From Leidyana gryllorum EB-2025a (Eukaryota > Protista > Apicomplexa), in assembly GCA_048772705.1 (NCBI GenBank), contig JBLWGC010000129.1:1-36111 (forward strand): DNA of 36,111 nt, written 5' to 3'. Positions 28,904 through 36,111 of the stretch are shown here, piece after piece. Made by a program: the position numbers and the translations under genes. Every line of letters begins with the position of its first letter. Positions within the stretch are counted from its first letter, which is position 1. The notes below the pieces were generated by a model, which searched no databases, had not been told where the DNA came from, and was given only the letters and a program-made list of their open reading frames with translations.

Positions 28904-28985
28904 CGACAAGGGTGAGATTCGAACCAACGCGGGTGAAACCCACCGGCTTAGCAGGCCGCCGCCTTAACCACTCGGCCACCTTGCC
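28904..28985 (-). tRNA. trnS: tRNA-Ser(GCT) variant
   Basis: Loop CT GCT AA; T-stem changes. Confidence 0.78.
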
Positions 28986-29079
28986 GAGAGTGGAACGGGC
29001 TACACATTCCATCGGGAATCCCGTGCGAATTAACTTCTCGAGAATCGCATTTCGGCTACCTCTTTCATAAGGCACATTG

Positions 29080-29151
29080 AGCAGTGTAGCTCAGTGGAAG
29101 AGTGTTGGGCTCATAACCCAAAGGTCCGTCGATCGAAACGACGCACTGCTA
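29080..29151 (+). tRNA. trnM: initiator tRNA-Met(CAT)
   Basis: Intact. Confidence 0.96.
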
Positions 29152-29200
29152 AGTGTGCGCAGGAGGGAAACAGTTATAGAATTGATTGGGTCGTGAGCAA

Positions 29201-29272
29201 AGCCTTCTGCCGGAATCGAACCGGCGACTTCTCGCTTACGAAGCGAACGCTCTGCCCCTAAACTAAGAAGGC
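29201..29272 (-). tRNA. trnT: tRNA-Thr(CGT)
   Basis: TTCGC-TT CGT AA-GCGAG. Confidence 0.87.
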
Positions 29273-29348
29273 AATGGAAGCCGGAGATGACGAAACAATC
29301 GCTATTGACGGAGATTAGTGGAGCACTTTGCTAGAGTAGTTCAATGAC

Positions 29349-29421
29349 TTCCACTGCCGGGACTTGAACCCGGATCGTGCGGGTGAAAGCCGCATATCCT
29401 AGCCACTTAGACTACAGTGGA
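29349..29421 (-). tRNA. trnE: tRNA-Glu(TTC)
   Basis: Intact. Confidence 0.95.
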
Positions 29422-29838
29422 CGAGTGGTTGAGTTGGGGCTTCGGCCGAGAGCCGTACCGTCTTGGAAAACATGGTATGTCGGCGTGATCAAGTGAGTGG
29501 ATCTCTCATACAGATTCGGACTTAGTAACCAATTCCATTTGTATTGATCGTGGAATCTTGGGCCTTCCTCGGGTACGGGGCGAGCTTCCTTGCCGCCCCA
29601 ACTCCGTCCGTAGAGCGCCAGACTTTTGAAGGGAGAACCGCGGCTTCCCGCCGCGCGAGCAGTCCTAGTCAAGCTTGCTGAACCGTATGTGAAGCCACAG
29701 GGCGCACGATGTGCTGGATCTGCACCAGTTCCTCACTCGGGCAAGTTGGCAACTGTCGATTCCGTCATGTGGCGAGCAGTGGGCTCACATACGGCCACGA
29801 TAAGTGCTTATTTTCACCGCCTTCCATGACTACCTACC

Positions 29839-29911
29839 GCCTCGGTAGCTGAGTTGGGAGAGCGCCAGACTGAAGATCTGGAAGTCCCGTGTTCGATCCA
29901 CGACCGAGGCA
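29839..29911 (+). tRNA. trnF: tRNA-Phe(GAA) variant
   Basis: One D-stem and one T-stem mismatch. Confidence 0.78.
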
Positions 29912-30002
29912 GAGAGGTTGTGACATTTGGTGTCATTCCTCGGCACCCATCAGATACCTGTTTCCAGAGACACACGCCGCTTTCACAGTCCGGAAGCCCC
30001 GT

Positions 30003-30395
30003 GCAGCCATGGTCTAGTGCTTACGACGTCTGCTTAACACGCAGAAGTTCCCGAGTTCGATCGTCGGTGGCTGTAGATCGCAACTTTCAGCGAGAATCTC
30101 AAGCGAAACCAACTGTGCTCCGAGACCGGGAATCGAACCCGGGTCTTCCGCGTGACAGGCGGAAATACTAACCACTATACTACCTCGGACGCTCCGATCA
30201 CGCCGGCCTCCAACCCCAAAGTTGGCCGAGTTGTCTAAGGCGCTCTGCTCAGACCGCAGTCCGAAAGGGCGAGGATCTGGTGTTGAGCCTTTCGAACCCC
30301 GGAGCAGTTGGACGGCCGGGGGTAGCTCAGTTGGTAGAGCACCTGACTGTAGTGCTGGCATGAGATAGTCGGCGGTTCGATTCCGCCCCACCGGA
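30003..30395. pseudogene. degenerate Val(AAC)+, near-intact Asp(GTC)- (~30118-30189), Leu fragment and Tyr+ 30316-30395
   Basis: Standard cassette order with lesions. Confidence 0.75.
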
Positions 30396-30826
30396 AGTAG
30401 AGGGGTCATCGGCAAACTACTACTCACACTGATGGACAGCGTTGATAGCAACTAGACTACTCCGGCGAGGCTTCCATCTATGTAGTTCGGATGGGCTGGG
30501 AATCCATCCCAGAACCTTTCGTATACTAAGCCACCGTTTCATCATCTGGGCTAGCCTCCTATGCCTACCTCATGGCATTGAGTGATACTTCACATAGTGA
30601 TACGAGTCTCTCGACTGTACCGCCAGGCTTCGAAACTGCGACTTTGTGGTGAACAGCTACACGCTTTGCCGACTGAGCTACAAGACCCAGTTGCAATTTC
30701 TTTTAAGCGAGAAAAATCATACCTTCAGACCAAACAGCCTCCTGGTCGGCCTGCCCGGCTAGGCCACTCATAGGTGTCAAATGCTGGAGTACTCGGCGGT
30801 CGCGTTCGGCTGTCATTGGGTTGATT

Positions 30827-30900
30827 TGCTCCCCGGGGGGATCGAACCCTCGACCTTCGGCACATAAGGCCGATGCTCTAACCAGCTGAGCTAGGGGAGC
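30827..30900 (-). tRNA. trnI: tRNA-Ile(TAT)
   Basis: Identical to the 17405 copy. Confidence 0.9.
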
Positions 30901-30990
30901 GATCACCGCCGTTCCACCGTGTAACTCACATTCAATTCTATCTCAGGCAACGGAAGCCGTTTGCACGCTGAAACTCAGAAGGGAAGTAAC

Positions 30991-31074
30991 GCACAGATGC
31001 CCGAGTGGTCTAAGGGGCCAGACTCAAGTTCTGGTAGGCGCAAGTCTGCATGGGTTCGAATCCCATTCTGTGCA
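30991..31074 (+). tRNA. trnL: tRNA-Leu(CAA), intronless
   Basis: CCAGA-CT CAA GT-TCTGG, long variable arm; intact. Confidence 0.94.
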
Positions 31075-31549
31075 ACGGCGATCATTACCAAAAATAGGCT
31101 GGAAAAGGCCACAGTAGATTCGAGTCTCCATCCGTATATCCGGTTGCATGCACCGAAGTATTCGGCTGTTGTTGTGGATCCTTCCTTGGGGTGGAAGGAG
31201 TCCTGGGTTCGATTCCCAGAACAGCCCTCTTGGTCGTCGGTTGACCCGACGGGACAAGTTGCCCTCAGAACCAACACAGCATTTCATTAGCCCACTTCGG
31301 TAGGGCAGTCAGGGCAACTAACATCTGGAGAATTGCATTTCGGCTATTTCTTCCATGTTGCAGACTGAGCAATGTAGCTCAGTGAAAAGTGTTGAGCTCA
31401 TAATCCAAAGGTCGTGTCGGGAATCGAATCCAGGTCGGGAGATTCAAAATCTCCACAGCTGACCACTGTGCCGTAGGGGGGCAGGCTGAACAGGCGGCTG
31501 TCTGGTCTGGTGGTATGATTCTTCCTCGGGTGGAAGAACATTGTAATTG

Positions 31550-31621
31550 GGTCTTGTAGCTCAGTCGGCAGAGCGTGTGGCTGTTAACCACAAAGTCGCA
31601 GGTTCGAAACCTGCAGGACCG
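31550..31621 (+). tRNA. trnN: tRNA-Asn(GTT) with 1-nt 3' deletion
   Basis: Copy of 15868. Confidence 0.75.
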
Positions 31622-31868
31622 TTTCAGGGGCACCCCAGACACTGACTGCCCTGCTCTGGCAATGGCACCTTTGGTCTGCGACCCTTCAAAGATATAAGTT
31701 TATTTGGCACCCGCCACGTGCAGCCGTACGTACTTTGGACGATTTGGGTATCGATCCCAGTACCTCTCGCATGCGAAGCGAGCGCTCTAGCATCTGAGCT
31801 AGCCGCCCATCCGCTCTACATGGAAGACCTATTGCATCCAGTGGCTGACCGAGTGCCGATACAACGGC

Positions 31869-31948
31869 TGACCAGAGTGGGATTCGAACCCACGCCCTTT
31901 CGGACTGCGACCCTAACACAGCGCCTTAGACCACTCGGCCATCTTGCC
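31869..31948 (-). tRNA. Leu body with AGG (Pro) anticodon, second copy
   Basis: Identical to 16187-16266. Confidence 0.75.
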
Positions 31949-32430
31949 GGAGTGTACTTGGCTCGCCACTTTACACGTTTTCTGTTCGTGAAGTCTCGAG
32001 AAGAAAGACTTTTGAGGTTGAAGACCCGGGCCCGATGCCCGTTTCGAAACAAGGTCGATTCCGCTTAAGATTGTCTCTTTTGGTTGCCGCTGGAAGTTGC
32101 GAGCTACAGCTACCGAGGATTGAACTCGGGATCGTCTGCGTGTGAAGCAGACGTCGTAACCACTAGACCATGGCTACACGCATGGTACCCGCAGCCCAAG
32201 AGAAGTCGCGGAGTTTCAGGGAGTAGTGAGGATCAGTTCCAAGGTCGCGCCGGAGATCGAACCAGGTCGGAAGATTAAGAGTCTCCAGTGCTAAACACTA
32301 CTTCACGCAACCCATTCAGTCCTTCCCAAAAAGGTTGGTAGAGCCATTCCGACTAGCGCTTCTTTAAGCAGTGGGCCCACATACGGCCGCGGTGAGTCCT
32401 TCTTTTCACCGCCTTCCATGGCTGTCTAGC

Positions 32431-32503
32431 GCCTCGGTAGCTCAGTTGGGAGAGCGCCAGACTGAAGATCTGGAAGTCCCGTGTTCGATCCACGGCCGAG
32501 GCA
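32431..32503 (+). tRNA. trnF: tRNA-Phe(GAA)
   Basis: Intact. Confidence 0.95.
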
Positions 32504-33086
32504 GAGAGGTTGTGAAATCTGGTGTCAGAACCCCCGCGCCGGTGCGAGCGTTCTGCCCCTCAGCTAACCAGGCAGGCCCTGTCTCGATCACATGAGGGTA
32601 TGGCTGAGACCGGCTGGGATATGCGGCTTTCACCCACACGGTCCGGGTTCAAGGCCCGGCAGTGGAACTCCTTGGAGTGCTTCAGCAATCTCCCTCAACG
32701 AGGTGAGATGCGTAATTTCTTTGGCGGATTTCCTTCGTAGCTTAGGGGCAGAGCGTTTGCTTCGTAAGCGAGACGTCGGCTGCTCGATTTCGACAGTGCA
32801 TCCATAGGCTCTCTAAACAGCGGCTGTCACCACGTACAAGATGCAGCAACATCGTGTCCTGCATCTGTGGTATAGTGATAGAATGTCTCGTTGCTATCCG
32901 GACGGCCCGGGTTCGATTCCCTGCAGATCCGGAACCCACGCCTCAAACCGCTGTGGCAAATTGTCAGCGAGTCAAACACGTCGCTGACAAGCTTGGTCGG
33001 CACGAGCCCGGCGCATCCTGACACTTGATGTAACAATCCCCCCAGATAGATTCGAATATGGGTGACGCGGTGGCACGGCGGTGATC

Positions 33087-33160
33087 GCTCCCCTAGCTCA
33101 GCTGGTTAGAGCATCGGCCTTATGTGCCGAAGGTCGAGGGTTCGATCCCCCCGGGGAGCA
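33087..33160 (+). tRNA. trnI: tRNA-Ile(TAT)
   Basis: Copy of 17405. Confidence 0.9.
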
Positions 33161-33548
33161 AATCAGTTCAATGACAGCCGAACGCGACCCTGAGTGCATA
33201 GCAGGAGACCTCGGACGCTACAGTCATAAGCCCAAAACTCTCGCACTGAGTTCCACTACTCCAGCGTCGGATATCATGAAGGAAGCCAAATGTGGTTCTT
33301 GAGATGCGGACTGATTTTACACCTATGAGGGCAGGCCGACCAGGGGGCTGTTTGGTCTGCAGGTATGATTTTTCCTCGCTTGGAAGAAGATTGCAACTGG
33401 GTCTTGTAGCTCATCGGCAAAGCGTGTAGCTGTTCACCACAAAGTCGCAGTTTCGAAGCCTAGCAGTGCCGGGAGCTGCGATATGCGACGCTCTCTTAGA
33501 GGTCGCAACTCTATATTTACCTACCGGCAGGTGCCGCCCTACTGAGTT

Positions 33549-33621
33549 TGGACGACCTGGGTATCGATCCCAGTACCTCTCGCATGCAAAGCGAGCGCTC
33601 TACTATCTGAGCTAGCCGCCC
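33549..33621 (-). tRNA. trnA: tRNA-Ala(TGC), D-loop G18A
   Basis: Copy of 17867. Confidence 0.78.
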
Positions 33622-33976
33622 ATCCGCTCTACATGGAAGACCTATTGCATCCAGTGGCTGACTGAGCCGATACAACGGCTGACAAGCGTGGCTTCGAACC
33701 CACGCCCTTTCGGACTGCGGCCTGAACACAGCGCCTTAGACCACTCGGCCATCTTGCCGCAGTGTTGTTGGTTCGTCCCTCCACGCGTTTCTTGTCCGTG
33801 AGCCGAAATAGAAAGACTTCTGGGATTGGAGGCCGGCTTGTTCAAAGGGTCCGAGTTAGTATAGTGGTTAGTGTCTCCGCCTGTCACGCGGAAGACCCGG
33901 GTTCGATTCCCGGCCTCGAAACGCAGGTGGTTTCGCTTAAGATTCTGTCCTTTGGTTGTCGCTGAAAGTTGCGAGC

Positions 33977-34049
33977 TACAGCTACCGAGGATCGAACTCG
34001 GGACCTTCTGCGTGTGAAGCAGACGTCGTAACCACTAGACCATGGCTGC
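33977..34049 (-). tRNA. trnV: tRNA-Val(CAC)
   Basis: Copy of 18295. Confidence 0.85.
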
Positions 34050-34112
34050 ACGGCAAGTCCCGCAGACCAAAGCAAGTGGGGAGGTTTCACGAAGTAGTGA
34101 GGACTAGTTTCA

Positions 34113-34184
34113 AGGTCGCGCCGGGAATCGAACCCAGGTCGGGAGATTCAAAGTCTCCAGTGCTAACCACTACACCACGCAACC
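34113..34184 (-). tRNA. trnQ: tRNA-Gln(TTG)
   Basis: Copy of 18431. Confidence 0.94.
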
Positions 34185-34792
34185 GATTTAGCCCTTCTCA
34201 AAGAGTTGATAGAGCCATCCGGACTAGACCTTCCCCACACATGCAAAACGGGTTTTTCTACTAACCTCCAAAATATTCAATTGGCTCTTGCAGCGCAGTG
34301 GGCAAAGCGTGTGATTGTTGAATACTAAGTCGCAGGTCCGCGGTCTCAGGCACCCTAGACCGTATTGCGATGCCAAAGTCTATCCAAGGGCTACAAGGCA
34401 CAATCAAAGGCTCTCAACTCGGTAAATACATAGCGGCAGGTGCAGCCGTACGAAGTTTGGACGACCTGGACATCGATCCCATACCTTTCGCATGCTAAGC
34501 GAGCGCTCTACCATCTGAGCCAGTCGCCCGACGTGCAGTCCCCATCGCATTTATCGGTTGTCAACATAGCATGACCACTCTCTCGACTCTACCCGCGGAT
34601 TGCACCACCGACCAGTCAGCTGTTTGGTCTAGTGGTATGATCCTTCCTTAGGGTGGAAGGAGTGTTGGGTTCGATTCCCAGAACAGCCCGCTTTGTTGTA
34701 TCTTGACCCAACCACTAGAGGATGGCCGCACGGAAGGTCCCGCAGACCAAGAGAATTGGCGAGGTTTCACAAAATAGTGAGCACTAGTTTCG

Positions 34793-34864
34793 AGGTCGCG
34801 CCGGGAATCGAACCCAGGTCGGGAGATTCAGAGTCTCCAGTGCTAACCACTACACCACGCAACC
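34793..34864 (-). tRNA. trnQ: tRNA-Gln(CTG)
   Basis: Inverted copy of 504-575. Confidence 0.95.
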
Positions 34865-35306
34865 CATTCAGTCCTTCCCAAAAGAGTTGGTAAAGCCATC
34901 CAGACTAGCCCTCCCTCAACTGGACACATGCAACACAAGTCTCTCCACCACTCTCTGAAATATTGGCAGTGGCTTTTGTATCTTAGTTGGCAGAGCGTGT
35001 GGTTGTCAACTACAAATTCGGAGATCCGGGCTCTGAGGCAACCTCCACACATACGGCGGTGCCAACGTCTATAGAAGGGATACGGGGCACCCTGGAAAGC
35101 TCTCAACTCTGTAGTCAAATACCGCAGTTGCAGCACTACGGAGTTTAGACGACCTGGACATCAATCCCAGTACGCTTCGCATGCTAAGCGACCGCTCTAC
35201 CATTTGAGCTAGTCGCCCCTTGTGCACACCCCATCGCATTTGTTGGTTCTCAACATAGTATGACCACTATCTAAACTGTCCTCAGCGGGTTGCATGACCG
35301 ACAGGC

Positions 35307-35378
35307 GGCTGTTTGGTCTAGTGGTATGATTCTTCCTTCGGGTGGAAGAAGTCCTGGGTTCGATTCCCAGAACAGCCC
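35307..35378 (+). tRNA. trnP: tRNA-Pro(CGG)
   Basis: Intact. Confidence 0.94.
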
Positions 35379-35624
35379 CGTTGGTTGTCGGTTGACCCGA
35401 CGCTCCATCTCATCTCAAGATGGTATGGCTTTCGTCCAAAGCTGCAGTTGATGAAGTTGCCAAGTGTAGTCTAAGTGGCTAGGATATGCGGCTCTCACCC
35501 ACACGATTCGGGCTCAAGTCCCGGCAGTGGAAATCCAGCAGTTGTCGTGCGATGTGGTTGGAGGGGTCGGACACCAACTCAAGCTTGAATCCCTGGAATG
35601 GTGGGAAAACAATCATGTGTCTTC

Positions 35625-35695
35625 TGCATGTGCCGGGAATCGAACCCGGGTCGTCTCGATGGCAGCGAGACATTCTACCACTAGACCACAGATGC
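35625..35695 (-). tRNA. trnG: tRNA-Gly(GCC) variant
   Basis: Loop CT GCC AT; one acceptor mismatch. Confidence 0.8.
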
Positions 35696-35910
35696 AGAAC
35701 ACGATCCTGTTGACTCTTGTACCTGGTGACAGCCATTCTTTATAAGCCTATCAATGCGTCAAAGCCTTCTGCCGGAATCGAGCCGGCGCCTTCTCGCTTA
35801 CGAAGCGAACGCTCTGCCCCTAAGCTTCGAAGGCAATGTAAGTTGGAGATGACGAAACAGTCTCTATTGACGGAGATTACTGGAGCACTTTGCTCGAGTA
35901 TTTCAATGGC

Positions 35911-35983
35911 TTCCACTGCCGGGACTTGAACCCGGATCGTGCGGGTGAGAGCCGCAAATCCTAGCCACTTAGACTACAGTGGA
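35911..35983 (-). tRNA. trnE: tRNA-Glu(CTC)
   Basis: Copy of 19486 with one change. Confidence 0.88.
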
Positions 35984-36111
35984 CAAGCCCTCGAGTTTAG
36001 GCTTCGGCCGAGAGCCGAACCGTCTCGGAAAGATTCCACCATCAATACGACTGGAATTTGTTACCAAGTCCGAGCTTTCTTGCCGCCCCAACTCCGTCGG
36101 TAGAGCGCAAG

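Larger units (their letters stand above)
31550..34713 (+). repeat. Second copy of 15868-19031
   Basis: Offset 15682. Confidence 0.95.
1..36111. repeat. Mixed-isotype tRNA gene/pseudogene array spanning the whole window
   Basis: A-box/B-box cloverleafs recur every ~100-250 bp on both strands, and the same inter-gene spacers are reused many times. Confidence 0.97.

Noticed and set aside
232-35929. All ORFs in the supplied track (60-188 aa)
   Set aside because: They are shadow translations of tRNA genes and spacers (recurrent GSIP, GIEP, RVRFP peptides from B-boxes), overlap in many frames and show no recognisable protein domain
1-36111. Bacterial, phage or organellar tRNA array
   Set aside because: No encoded CCA, widespread A34 anticodons, eukaryotic iMet/Tyr/His/Pro identity elements and a 37/38 intron
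1-36111. CRISPR array or tRNA-derived SINE family
   Set aside because: Repeats are full cloverleafs of many isotypes, the spacers are themselves repeated, and there are no poly-A tails, TSDs or cas genes

Overview
The window holds no credible protein-coding gene. It is an extremely dense eukaryotic nuclear tRNA-gene field: by eye about 200 tRNA genes, pseudogenes and fragments, roughly one per 180 bp, on both strands. All 20 amino-acid families are represented (Lys only as mutated or relic copies), plus initiator Met. Eukaryotic origin is supported by the lack of encoded CCA, A34 anticodons (AGC, AGT, AGG, AAC, AAG, AAT, ACG, AGA), iMet with A1-U72/A54/A60, Tyr with C1-G72 and a 37/38 intron, and His without G-1. 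The organism cannot be named from sequence alone. The array is a scrambled mosaic of a few multi-tRNA cassettes (e.g. Leu-Asp-Val-Gln, Ala-Pro-Glu-Thr, Thr-iMet-Pro, Gly-Ser, Ser-Phe) that have been re-duplicated, inverted and fused, often at breakpoints inside tRNA genes. This has produced chimeric tRNAs and several anticodon-switched genes. Most genes lack a nearby oligo-dT terminator. One ~618-bp TGTTG...CAACA solo-LTR-like insertion is present. Coordinates were read by eye (+/- 1-2 nt), and not every decayed relic is listed individually.
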